NCBI GenBank assembly: GCA_951406725.2
Contig: OX597814.1
Location: forward strand, 13,950,001 to 14,014,000
Direction of reading: 5' to 3'
From: Octopus vulgaris
Lineage: Eukaryota
Length of the DNA: 64,000 nt
The notes under the pieces are model-generated. The model saw nothing but the letters and a program-made list of their open reading frames with translations. It did no database searches and was not told the origin of the DNA. Within the stretch, counting starts at the first letter, position 1, and every line of letters begins with the position of its first letter. A program made the position numbers and the translations under genes. Shown here piece after piece: positions 1 to 11,531 of the stretch.

Positions 1-27
1 ACGGTCAGGAAAGGGAAGAAAGGAGGA

Positions 28-60
28 TTTAACGTTTCGAGCGGAACTCTTCGTCAGAAA
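28..60 (-). ncRNA. Minimal type-I hammerhead ribozyme-like motif in a PLE terminal fragment
   Basis: Minus strand reads ttt-CTGACGA-a-gag(ttccg)ctc-GAAA-cg-TT-aaa: core boxes, short stem II, palindromic ACGT stem III, ttt/aaa stem I. The fragment abuts a (TA)/(CA) microsatellite at ~140. Confidence 0.6.
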
Positions 61-176
61 CATAGGAAAAGGAAAGATCCGTGGAAGAGAAGACGGAGTA
101 AAAAATCGCCAACGATACTCGCGCGGTCACATATTCAATATATATATATGTATGTATGTATACATATACACACACA

Positions 177-239
<63 letters not shown>

Positions 240-249
240 TATAACCGGT

Positions 250-596
250 GGGCCGTGGGTCACCAATAATTCAAAGTACTGGAAAAAGAACATGTACTAC
301 GAGTTACACGAAACTTGTGTTATTCCGTTTGTATTCCCATGAGCATCCGATTCATGACACGTCCCGCTTTTGTCTCTTTCTCTTCCTCTCGGCAGACGCT
401 CAGCTCTCCCACCATCCAATTCCTGGACTCTCCTGCTTCTGTCTCTTTCTCTTTGTACCGCCAGTCGCTCAGCCCTTACTTTATCAGTCTCATCGATTCC
501 TCTGTTCGCATGACTGTCTCGATCTTGGGTAAATGTTTTGCGAAGAATCCGTTCATACTTCGGTGTGAAATATTTCCTTGCACAGGTTTTTTCGAG
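250..596 (-). mobile_element. Helitron-like N-terminal remnant with 23-aa STPR-type repeats
   Basis: A minus frame absent from the ORF track reads ...ETDKVRAERLAVQRERDRSRRVQ-ELDGGRAERLPRGRERDKSGTCH-ESD, i.e. two 23-aa repeats (69-bp period, 354-491) of the E-x4-R-x2-RL type found in STPR domains and Helitron N-termini. Confidence 0.5.
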
Positions 597-670
597 TCAT
601 TCAACGAAATTTCGCCACGAAACCAGCCCCAAGACACTTCCCTCCGGAAAAGAAAAGACTGGAATTGTTG

Positions 671-1064
671 TGGGGCCCTCGTAGTTTCCCAGGTAACACC
701 GAGTTTCCCACCAATGGAGTTTTGTTTCGCGGTTTTTCCTTTGCCAGGTTATTTTGCATGCTTTCAATGAATGTGATAGCCCAGAAAAGGAAAGATTTGG
801 ACGCCATTTCCTGCACGTTCTGCTTCCATGTAACAGCTATTTCGAATTCTCTATCGCAAATAATTATTACATGGCAGCAGGGCGTGCTGGAAATTGCAGC
901 CAAGTAGTTTCTTTTCTGGAGAAAGGAGCCATTTACCTGTGATTTCGACGTCATATAATCACGCAAAATAACCTGGATCAGAAAAGAAAACCGCGAAACA
1001 AAATCCTCCAACGGTGTTTTCCAGCGGAATAACATTATTGCACACTGAGGTAGGGACGGGTCCT
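671..1064. mobile_element. Palindromic foldback / MITE-like element
   Basis: Nested inverted repeats 708-737/987-1017, 743-760/960-978, 781-800/900-919 and 805-832/867-894 around a centre near 850. Confidence 0.65.
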
Positions 1065-1739
1065 TTACGAAATATTTACCTACTTATTAATAAGTGAAAT
1101 ATTGTCTGTTTAAAGAATGCTGAAATATAGATAGTCACTTTAAAAACAAGTTGTATTTGAAAGTCATTTTCACATTAAAATATCTTTTAAATATGCCAAC
1201 AAAACTTTTGCAATGGTCTTTACTTGAAAATACATTTTAAGAAATAGCAATTTTTTCTGTTAAAAGAAAGTTAAAAATGAGTACTTACTGTAGAAACAAC
1301 TTTTATTTTTAAAGTTACATTCACTTAAGAATATTTCTGAATGATTGAAATATTGTGTTTATCAAAAGCGAAAATAGAAAGATTTACTGCAAAAACAACT
1401 CATACTTTTTCGTTGGCAAGCTAACATCACTAAGAGCTTTGCCCAGACCGTGAAACTTGTCTTCAAAATACAGATATTGATCATAATCGAAAGGTTAGAG
1501 ATCTTTCTCTTTCAAGGTTATGTTATTGTGGGAGTATTTTCCCATTATGTACGATTTTGAGTATTTATTAATCCACCACCATATCTTTGGAATCCTTTGT
1601 ACGATTTGCGAAAAAGTTGTTTAATTCCGTTTGAATTTACATTTCAGAAGTGTAGAACTCCTTGTATTTTATCATAATTATGCGCCAGTTTGGTTGTATT
1701 AAATGACAAAGAAGCAAGCAAGCAATCAGTTATAGGAGT

Positions 1740-1773
<34 letters not shown>

Positions 1774-1799
1774 ACACACACACACATATATATATATAT

Positions 1800-2020
1800 A
1801 TATTATATTAAATTAGTGATAAAACCACTATTGGGCAAATCAAACAATGAAAAACTTAAGCCAATACATATAATTAATTAATTTATATTATTTTAAATAT
1901 ATATCAAAAGTATTAAAAGTTTAATAAAAGATAATGAGTAAAACACTACGATCGTTTCATAGCTGTCCAATTCGTAATAATTCGAGTTACGGTTACAGTC
2001 AATCTTCAGGTAATTGAAAT
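1800..2020 (-). mobile_element. PLE terminal (pLTR) fragment with HHR-like motif; same family as 24915-25140
   Basis: About 215 bp is the near reverse complement of 24921-25140. It contains attac-CTGAAGA-...-GAAA-cga-TC-gtagt (1945-2014) and ends in (TA)n. Confidence 0.7.
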
Positions 2021-2221
2021 ATCTAAAATATAATCAGAAATATTTAAACAATATTTTTAAGATATAAATAATATAATAATTTTACTTATAATAAACTGTA
2101 TTATCAAACTAGAAACATAGAACTTAACAATTATGATTACATCAAAATCGACTATAATGTTAAATATCAATTTTAATTTATAAGGTAGGAAACCCACCCA
2201 TAATCTAATATCGGTATTAGT

Positions 2222-2441
2222 CTATAAATAAGGGTCTCTGAGAGACACCACCATGCCGAAATAGTAGTCAAACCCTAACTCTAAAATCTAAGATCTTGAA
2301 TTATCCAGTAATATCTTTTTGCTAATTTATTTCTCTCTATCTTATCTCGTGGTGCGGTATGAACATTTTAGGTGGTTTGTAGAGTCAGGGTTTTACTGCT
2401 ATTTCGGCATGGGGGTGTCTCTCAGATACCCTTATTTATAG
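2222..2441. repeat. Inverted repeat (~65-bp arms), each arm with a variant HHR-like motif
   Basis: 2222-2285 is the reverse complement of 2378-2441. Each arm reads agggtNt-CTGAGA-gaca(ccNcca)tgcc-GAAA-tagYag-TM-aaaccct. Confidence 0.7.
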
Positions 2442-2600
2442 TTGGGAAAAAGTATTACCTTTGTATGGTATTTATTCAAATGCTGGCCACTTGATAATAT
2501 CGATATTATCCTTATTTATAAATAAATATATATATATATATATATATGAAAAAGCAAGTCAAAAATAGAAAATGCTAAGATAATTTTATAGTGAATCTTT

Positions 2601-2638
2601 CAGTACCGGTTTCGGTCATTTTGAGACCTTTTCAACTG
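2601..2638 (-). ncRNA. HHR-like motif with U3-A8 variant core
   Basis: cag-TTGAAAA-ggtc(tcaaaat)gacc-GAAA-ccgg-TA-ctg, located in the 3' end of the PLE. Confidence 0.65.
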
Positions 2639-3294
2639 TAACGATTAAATAATTAAATTTAGAAAAATTAGAAGAAAAGTTTTTTTAAAGGAATATTTCT
2701 ATAGTAGTGTTCAGATATAAGTGGCATTCTGCCTTTCTCTGACTCCCTTGTTTGCACTTGTGTGTTCGAGGTCGTTGTGAGTTCTTGGTAGGGTAGGAGA
2801 AGCAGAAGGCTGGTGTGGAGAGGGGTTGGGGAAATCTGGGAATGCCTTGATGGTCATATTTTGAATGGTCAGTGGCGGACAGCAGTCGCAGTTCAATTCA
2901 GGAATTGTTTATGGAATTTGCGTAGGCGTTATACTGAAAGGCATTAGTGACAAGGTTAAGGGGTAGAAGGTGGAGAATTAGAAGAAGACGAAGATGACGA
3001 TGTTGATGATGATGATGATGATGAAGAAGAAGAAGAAGAAGAAGAAGAAGAAGAAGAAGAAGAAGAAGAGAAGGAGAAGGAGAAGATGATGATGATGATG
3101 GTGGTGATGATGATGACGACGATGATGATGATAATGATGATGATGAAGAAGAGGAGGAAGAAGAAGAAAAACACAGAGAAGGGAGAATATGAATGGGTGA
3201 AAGTATAGATGTGATAGGGCTGATTAGTAATGGATTCTATGGAATGTAATATTTGTGTGTGTATATATTTCTTTTATTCTAAAGTTGAGGTATA

Positions 3295-4535
3295 TTAATT
3301 GTTTGTCGTAGACCCGTTAAGAAGTGGCCTGTATTTTGTAATAAAGAGATTTTCTTTACTTATTCGTTGTCTCGAGGTTGTATCGTCCCTAAATTGGTAG
3401 AGGGGGAACATCCTGAAGTTTGGTGTTTTTTTGTTGGCGCAAGTATCTATGTGTTGGCTAAAAGCTATTTTTCTGTTTTGGGGAATTTTTATCTGGGATC
3501 TGTGCAGGGCCATTCGTTTACGCAAACCATTTTTTGTTTGGCCTATGTACTGCTCCTGACACCCGGAGCAGGTTAGTGAGTATATTAGGTTCTCCGAAGC
3601 ACATGTGAAGTTGCTTTTCACTGTAAACCGTTGTCCCTGTTTGAAGGAGAACTCTGATCCCTCAATTAGATAGTCGCATATCCCGCAATTGGGTCTTCCA
3701 CATTTTTTTACTGTCGGCTTGTGTTGAAGAGTGAATTCGGGCTTGTGTTAGGAGACTTTTCATGGATCTAGGCTGTCTTTTGCTTTTTATGATCGTGTGT
3801 GTTTGGAGGATTGTGTTCATTCTGTGGTCTTTTTTTAGGAGGGGTATATTGTGGAGGATGTTGCCGAAGGCTTCGTTATTGGGAGGGTTGTGTGTGGAGA
3901 TGTATGGTAAGGCTTTTGGTTGTAAGTTTTTCTTTGATTTGGGATGTCTCAGTTCCTTGATGTTAAGTTGAAGGGCACGTTGAATGCACTTGCCAATAAG
4001 TGAAGGTGGATAGTTCGTGGTGATAAGGGTATCTTTTAGTTCTTGTAGTCGTGTGTCTCTGGTGTTTGCGTTAGAGACTATAGTGCATATCCTTTTTGCT
4101 AGATTGAAGGGGATATTCATCCTGGTGTGTCTGGGGTGGCATGAATTGAATGGAAGATATTGCTTAGAGTCTGTAGGCTTATAGTATATGTCTGTTTCTA
4201 TTATATTATTAGCTTTCTTAATGAGGATATCGAGGAAAGAGAGTTGTTGCTGGCTATATTCCATCGTGAATTGGATGTTTACGTCCAGTCCGTTTAAAAT
4301 TTCCTAGAATTCTATGAGTTTTTCTATATTTTTATGCCAAAGAATGAAACAGTCATCTAGATATCTCTTCCAGTTGTTTTCTATGTAGATGGAGAAAGGG
4401 CTGCCATATCTTTCTGGAACCTTACGATACAGACTGATCTGTAGGTATCCTATGACTAGGTTTGCAAAGGAGGGGGCCATTCGTGTACCCATCGCAGTCC
4501 CCGATTTTTGTCGGTAGAAGTTGTCATTGAAGGCG
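3295..4535 (-). pseudogene. PLE reverse transcriptase (motifs 4-7, thumb) plus GIY-YIG endonuclease, disrupted
   Basis: [32 protein letters not shown], linker CGRPNCGIC, then LIYSLTCSGCQEQYIGQT..H..H..E..LLN. One in-frame TAG at 4304-4306 and one frameshift near 3720. Confidence 0.93.
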
Positions 4536-4689
4536 ATATATATATATGTATATATGTATATAGATATATACATATATACATATATGCATATATATACATA
4601 TATATATGCATATATGTATATATATGTATATATCTATATACATATTTATGTATATATATATACATATATATGGATATATATTTAAATAT

Positions 4690-4734
<45 letters not shown>

Positions 4735-4736
4735 AT

Positions 4737-4796
<60 letters not shown>
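4536..4796. repeat. (TA)n/(TAGA)n compound microsatellite
   Basis: Directly visible; marks the 5' truncation point of the PLE. Confidence 0.95.
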
Positions 4797-4799
4797 TCC

Positions 4800-5450
4800 A
4801 TCACGGCTGATTTTACCAATCGGTTTCTCGCCTACTAATACAACAGATTATTTAGTAACAACCTTACACTCATCAGAGTTAGCTGATATGGAAATGATTA
4901 TGGCGAATGCTCTCTGTTGTCATTGGAGACTGGACACATCGTGTTTGCTGTTGCTGTGAAAGAAATTGTGAAAAGAAAGTGGGCAGGGCTTTAGGTTAGC
5001 AGTTACATCTCTTACATCGATTCAGTCTAAAGTCGGTAAGAGTTACCTTGAAATGTTTATGAATAATGTGTTCATTATTACGTGTGGTACTCCTGTGGGA
5101 ATGGGGAACATTATAGGTTTTATGGTGTCATATATCTCTCAGGTGTGTAGATATATATAATTCCGTTCGTTAGTCTGTTTTCTGTCTATTAATTAAGGTC
5201 ATGCGCGGTTTATGTTAGCTTGCGGTATGTAATTGGTTATATATGTAAGGGTGAAATGTGTGCATAGGTGCATAAATTTGAGTGGTACGTTGGTATATAC
5301 TCTGGTCAAACACTTCGCCGGAGTCGGGTGTATTGGTGGAAGGCTGAAGCTGGGGAACTGGTGGTTGTAGTCATAGTGGGGATCACAGGTTCGATAGGAT
5401 GAACTTCCCTTCATGTGGGCATTGATTAAAACCTTCACTTTTGTTAAATT
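4800..5450 (-). mobile_element. Possible old PLE remnant with degenerate HHR-like motif
   Basis: act-CTGATGA-...-GAAA-ccga-TT-ggt at ~4813-4880 next to the microsatellite; no clear protein motifs. Confidence 0.3.
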
Positions 5451-5802
5451 GTGATCTTCATTTTTTAAAAGGAATGAATCAGAAAAAAAAATTGAGGAAA
5501 GAATTATTTTTGGATGGGTTATTCTTAAAAAGAATTACCTCCTATAAATACCACGAAATTTAAAGAATGAGTACATGCAAAATGCAGAAATTTATTTCAG
5601 TTTTTCTTACATTCTCCAAATTGTTGCACATGGAGAGCAACTCAAGTATATCTATATTCTTTCGTGTGCATAATAGAACAGAAATAACTTATTGTCTTTT
5701 CCAAATAAAGCAATTTGCGAGAGGAAGTTAACAATAGTCACATAGATATCTATATACACATCCAACATACAAGAATCTATGCATTCATACTTACATATTT
5801 AC

Positions 5803-5837
<35 letters not shown>

Positions 5838-6128
5838 CATACATGCTTACATGCATACATACATATTCAAATGCATGCACAGAGAATCTGGATAGCCTGA
5901 GATTATTAGAAAGAGAAATCGACTGGCTCATTCGTGCATTACAATGTACTGAGTGGAACAGTAAAAATATTACTGTGAGCGGAACAGTAAAAATATGCAA
6001 GACTTTTCTCAAGTTCCAAATATGAATTTGTCACAAAGATGGAGCCGTGTTTCTTTGTTGAAAACCGGTTGCGCCCTCAATGGAAGTTTTATTACAATTA
6101 AAAAATAGAAGAGACAAACATTCATACA

Positions 6129-6541
6129 TACTCTTTACTCTTTTACTCTTTTACTTGTTGCAGTCATTTGACTGCGGCCATGCTGAAGCACCGCCTTTAG
6201 TCGAGCAACTTGACGCCGGGACTTATTCTTTGTAAGCCCAGTACTTATTATATCGGTCTCTTTTTGCCGAACCGCTAAGTGACAGGGACGTAAACACACC
6301 GGCATCGGTTGTCAAGCGATGGTGGGGGGACAAACACAGACACACAAACACACACAAACACATATATATACATATATACAACAGGCTTGTTTCAGTTTCC
6401 GTCTGCCAAATCCACTCACAAGGGTTTGGTCGACCCGAGGCTATAGTAGAAGACACTTGCCCAAGATGCCACGAAGTGGGACTAAACCCGGAACCATGTG
6501 GTTCGTAAGCAAGCTACTTACCACACAGCCACCCCAGCGCC
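6129..6541 (-). mobile_element. tRNA-derived SINE, family A (octopus-type)
   Basis: Minus-strand head with A box tggctgtgtgg and B box-like ggtttagtccc, internal microsatellite, (gagtaaaa)n tail. Homologous to 25335-25778 and 47441-47874. Confidence 0.9.
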
Positions 6542-7249
6542 TACATACGCACACAATTTGCACAAAACCTAGAAATACTTAGTTTCACGTGAAAATAGGA
6601 AAACAAAATAAAGCGGGGTCCCAAAATACAAGATAGTACTGATGATTTGTAAGACACTCCAAAAATTCTCCATCTGAGGTTGTTATGTGAATAGATGCAA
6701 ACATCTGGATGTATACATCGATAGTTCAACCAACACACCAACTCAATCACATTTTTACAAACACTTGGAAATTTCTTAACGCAAAAAGTCTTGTAGCTTT
6801 GTTAACAACCAGCTTGAACTCACTGAAGCACGTAAACTGAGCTCAAAGAAAAGTCATATGTATCGAAATATATGCAACTTACTCCAATATTGTGTTAGCT
6901 ACAGAAAAAATTCAACCCATTTATTGAATGCTATCCCAGCGTGGTATTTGTATGCTTATAAATAAAATATTCGAAAATATATCTTAGAATACATAGCTAT
7001 TTATGTATGTATTTTTCCTTGTATCTATATATGTATGTGTGTGAGTGTATATGAGTGCGCATATGTGATTCATTTGTGCGCCAAATGTATGTACAAGGTA
7101 ATTACCAACATGTCAATAACTTGCTCTGTATCATGGTTCTTAAACTAAATAGAATATATATCTCGAAGTCGCCATCTACAAGGCAAAAATATCTTTTATT
7201 GAAATAGTAATAATATTGGTTTCAACTTTTGAAACGAGGACAGCAAATA

Positions 7250-7345
7250 CAGGGAGTGGGTGCATAGATTACTTCGACTCCGGTGCTCAACTGCTACTGT
7301 TTTGCAGTCCCCGATAGGATAAAAGGTAATGCCGGCCTCGGCATT
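7250..7345 (-). mobile_element. Degraded SINE family B fragment
   Basis: Similar to the central part of 40719-40955 (ccttttatcctatcggggac...gtcgaagtaatc). Confidence 0.55.
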
Positions 7346-8534
7346 TAATAGCAATGATATTAATTCAATTATTTCATCAACTCTGGAGATAATACTGAAC
7401 ATTTCTTAATATGGTGCTACTTAGTTAACTTAGGAATATTCCCTGCATTAAATATATAATTGACGTATATGGTAAGCAGTTCTATTTTCTTCACCACTTA
7501 CTGAACAATATCTTTCCATTGACATTTTGATTATCCATTGGCAAGTAACGTGAAAGTTTAGCTTGACGACGAGGTCATTCTAAAATAGATACATATTGAG
7601 TTATTTCCTCGAGTCATATTTAATTATACGTAGGTTTTTCAGGCTTCCTAAATATTTAGACAGTTGAAATGTTCGTGCATTTTATGCTGTTTATTTTTAA
7701 TTTCAGCCACAAATATTACACGTCACTTTATAAAATTAATTTTGTACATTAAATGGAAAATTACATAAATCCAATTACAAGTATATCTCAAGTGAAACTT
7801 CACATGCGAAAATACAAGATAAAAGCAGGTGCATGATTGTTATTTTGCAACTATTCATGACAAATACATGAAAATACAGAAATATATTTAAAAGAACTGT
7901 AAATTTTCATCAGCATAGCTTGTATGCTCATTAATGAATTTCAAATCATAGAAGTCCCTGTCTTATTCATATAACAATTACATGTATTTTCATAACATTC
8001 GCTACGTAGTTTTACATTTCTTGTTTAAGCACATACCTAGTAAATTTGGGGAGGTTACTCAAACCATAATAATTTTATTAGTAGCGTACTTTCCCAAACG
8101 CAGCCAACATGATTTTGAAGGCTCGTAACATTTTTCTGATTCTCAAATAAGAGTTTTTCAAATTTTATGGTAAAATGTTTTTTTTATGGAAACATGGTTT
8201 CAAACTTTATTTTAAAATTAAATCTTTACTACTGTTGAAAATCGATTTCGTAATCATTAATACGATATTTATGAGTTTATCCCAGTTACTGAAGCTAAAT
8301 TCAATACGTTTGGGTAATAAATCTATATCTAAAAGAAAAATCCATGCGTGTTTTAAAAATTACCTTGTTTAAAAAATAAAGTGGCGTTGTTATATTTAAA
8401 TATGTTTTTGGCGGCGATAGGTATAATTACACGTGTACTATCAACGTGATCTTCTCTTTGGTTGTTATTCGTATTATTTTTAGTTTATAAACCTGTCAAA
8501 ATTTCTTTCCCCACACATTCTGTGACCTCATCAG

Positions 8535-8581
<47 letters not shown>

Positions 8582-8879
8582 TGTTTTCTGCTCTATTGCT
8601 TATTCAATTTTGTCCTTCTAATGTTTTCGCTTCAAGAATCCTCCAAATCAAAATCATAAACGTAACCTGGCATTGCTATATATCTATGGAATTGTCATTT
8701 CTTTATGATCGAACGAAACAATTCTATTTTCACTAATTACATATATACTACTTGCATTGTTTTTATTGTAGGTGAAACTTAATGCTTACAGAATTTGAAT
8801 ATCTAAATTTGGATTTTAGCAGCAGTATATGTTATCGCCATTCTGTAAGTATTTCACTCGAAATATTTAATATATTCTC

Positions 8880-8906
8880 CTTCTTCTTCTTCTCCTTCTT
8901 CTTCTT

Positions 8907-8937
<31 letters not shown>

Positions 8938-8958
8938 TTATTATTATTATTATTATTA

Positions 8959-9046
<88 letters not shown>

Positions 9047-9270
9047 CATTATTATTATCATCATTATTATTATTATTATTATTATCATTATTATCATTAT
9101 TATTATTATTATTATCATTATTATTATCATTATTATAATTCTTCTTATTATTATTATTATCATTATTATTATTATTAATATTATCATCATCATCATCATC
9201 ACCATCATCATTGTCATCATCATCATCTTTATTATTATTATTATTATTATTATTATCATCATCATCATTA
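8880..9270. repeat. (TTC)n-(TTA)n/(TCA)n trinucleotide microsatellite
   Basis: Directly visible; source of the poly-L/N/I ORFs. Confidence 0.97.
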
Positions 9271-9804
9271 TTGAAGAGAATACGAATGAGGGCAAAGTGT
9301 GTTCTCTTGACAGACATTTTCAACAGATTTGAGTTAGAGATTATCAAGTCTGCTCGAATGGAATATATCTACTTTCTAAGAATTTATGCTGTATAGCATT
9401 TTGTCTCCTTTATTCTCTTTCTGAAATCCATATGATTTGGTGACGAACGCTCTCTAGAATAACACGTCATGAACACAATTAGAGTAATATTAGTTGAATC
9501 TAACATTATATATTGTGAAACGTAACCATTTTCCCATGTATTTTAATTTCATAGATAGAGGAGCACGAACAATATATGTAATATTAGGACATTAGTAAAA
9601 TTTATGACTGTGATAGCATTTAAATGCATTCATTTACTTTCGTCTAATGAAACGCAAATCATATTCCGTTTTTGCAAAATATAATGCTGATATTTTAAAT
9701 ACTGAATGGCATGTCACTAATTTTCTTTCTATTGTTTATATCTTATACCAAATAGTAAATATAACGATTTCCCATTTTGTACAGAAACCCGAGGCTCTAA
9801 AAAT

Positions 9805-9851
<47 letters not shown>

Positions 9852-10009
9852 CTTTGCCACATACTGAACTCATTAGAAATAGCAGCTAAAAAACTTTTTT
9901 AAAACTATTTCTAATACTTAAAGAAAATCTCTCACATATAGTGTTTGCTCAATTCAACTCACGAAAGTATGGGGGTAAAGACATTAAAAAATCAAATGCA
10001 AAGGTTATT

Positions 10010-10061
10010 TGAGAACGTACGTTTCAAGATTAGTCAACTCGACATTTCTATCATCAGCTCA
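10010..10061 (-). ncRNA. Type-I hammerhead ribozyme motif (intact core and stem I)
   Basis: tgag-CTGATGA-t-aga.aat.gtc(gagtt)gac.taa.tct-t-GAAA-cgtacg-TT-ctca; palindromic stem III, predicted GUU cleavage site. Confidence 0.75.
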
Positions 10062-10636
10062 GAACTCCTTGGTTTGGATTTGAAAACACTGAAAGTGGGA
10101 GCATACCCTTTCGGCTTCTTATCGCTTCTGAAGATCTGCTCGAAACTAACAGTGCCAGCAAACCCAAGATATGCAAGCGAAGAATTTCTGCTCTCCCCTT
10201 TCCACCAGCGTGGGTTAAAATCAGCAAACACTATGCTTTTTCGGTAAAATCCGAGGCATTAAATAGAGAGAGATGAATTATAATTTCAACAATTGAGGGT
10301 AAAATTAATTAATTATTAATCAATTTCACCAAGTGTTCAGTATGTAAAGGGACCATTTAAGGCGAATTCAAATTATTACATTTTATATAAAAGGGCTTAG
10401 TAAAATAAATTACTTTGCCACATACTGAACTCATTAGAAATAGCAGCTAAAAAACTTTTTTAAAACTATTTCTAATACTTAAATAAAATCTCTCTCATAT
10501 AGTGTTTGCTCAATTCAACTCACGAAAGTATGGGGGTAAAGACATTAAAAAATCAAATGCAAAGGTTATGAGAGAGATTTTCTTTAAGTATTAGAAATAG
10601 TTTTAAAAAAGTTTTCAAATCCAAACCAAGGAGTTC

Positions 10637-10688
10637 TGAACTGATGATAGAAATGTCGAGTTGACTAATCTTGAAACGTACGTTCTCA
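10637..10688 (+). ncRNA. Type-I hammerhead ribozyme motif (copy 2)
   Basis: Same as 10010-10061 but the stem I 5' strand is tgaa. Confidence 0.7.
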
Positions 10689-11197
10689 AATAACCTTTGC
10701 ATTTGATTTTTTAATGTCTTTACCCCCATACTTTCGTGAGTTGAATTGAGCAAACACTATATGAGAGAGATTTTCTTTAAGTATTAGAAATAGTTTTAAA
10801 AAAGTTTTTTAGCTGCTATTTCTAATGAGTTCAGTATGTGGCAAAGTAATTTATTTTACTAAGCCCTTTTATATAAAATGTAATAATTTGAATTCGCCTT
10901 AAATGGTCCCTTTACATACTGAACACTTGGTGAAATTGATTAATAATTAATTAATTTTACCCTCAATTGTTGAAATTATAATTCATCTCTCTCTATTTAA
11001 TGCCTCGGATTTTACCGAAAAAGCATAGTGTTTGCTGATTTTAACCCACGCTGGTGGAAAGGGGAGAGCAGAAATTCTTCGCTTGCATATCTTGGGTTTG
11101 CTGGCACTGTTAGTTTCGAGCAAATCTTCAGAAGCGATAAGAAGCCGAAAGGGTATGCTCCCACTTTCAGTGTTTTCAAATCCAAACCAAGGAGTTC

Positions 11198-11249
11198 TGA
11201 ACTGATGATAGAAATGTCGAGTTGACTAATCTTGAAACGTACGTTCTCA
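11198..11249 (+). ncRNA. Type-I hammerhead ribozyme motif (copy 3)
   Basis: Identical to copy 2, 561 bp downstream. Confidence 0.7.
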
Positions 11250-11531
11250 AATAACCTTTGCATTTGATTTTTTAATGTCTTTACCCCCATACTTTCGTGA
11301 GTTGAATTGAGCAAACACTATATGAGAGATTTTCTTTAAGTATTAGAAATAGTTTTAAAAAAGTTTTTTAGCTGCTATTTCTAATGAGTTCAGTATGTGG
11401 CAAAGTAATTTATTTTACTAAGCCCTTTTATATAAAATGTAATAATTTGAATTCGCCTTAAATGGTCCCTTTACATACTGAACACTTGGTGAAATTGATT
11501 AATAATTAATTAATCTTACCCTCAATTGTTG

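Larger units (their letters stand above)
2548..4535 (-). mobile_element. 5'-truncated Penelope-like retroelement (Neptune/Naiad-type architecture) with 3' pLTR, bounded by (TA)n on both sides
   Basis: RT, thumb, zinc linker and GIY-YIG coding remnants at 3295-4535; 3' UTR with GAT/GAA repeats; HHR-like motif at 2601-2638; (TA)n at 2526-2547 and from 4536. Confidence 0.9.

Noticed and set aside
3295-4535. Selenocysteine-encoding (Naiad-like) PLE
   Set aside because: The Cys codons I checked (SCHP and the zinc linker) are TGY and the only in-frame stop seen is TAG; no UGA recoding evidence.
8495-8538. gtca-CTGATGA...GAAA..TT-tgac on the minus strand
   Set aside because: Stem II lacks closing pairs next to the core and there is no PLE-like context; likely chance.
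8782-9396. Long ORFs rich in L, N, I, K, R (and all YI/CV/HT-repeat ORFs elsewhere)
   Set aside because: They are translations of tri- and dinucleotide microsatellites.
9945-11314. Repeated 100-aa and 65-aa ORFs in the 561-bp unit
   Set aside because: Non-ATG starts and no recognisable motifs; identity between copies only reflects the DNA repeat.
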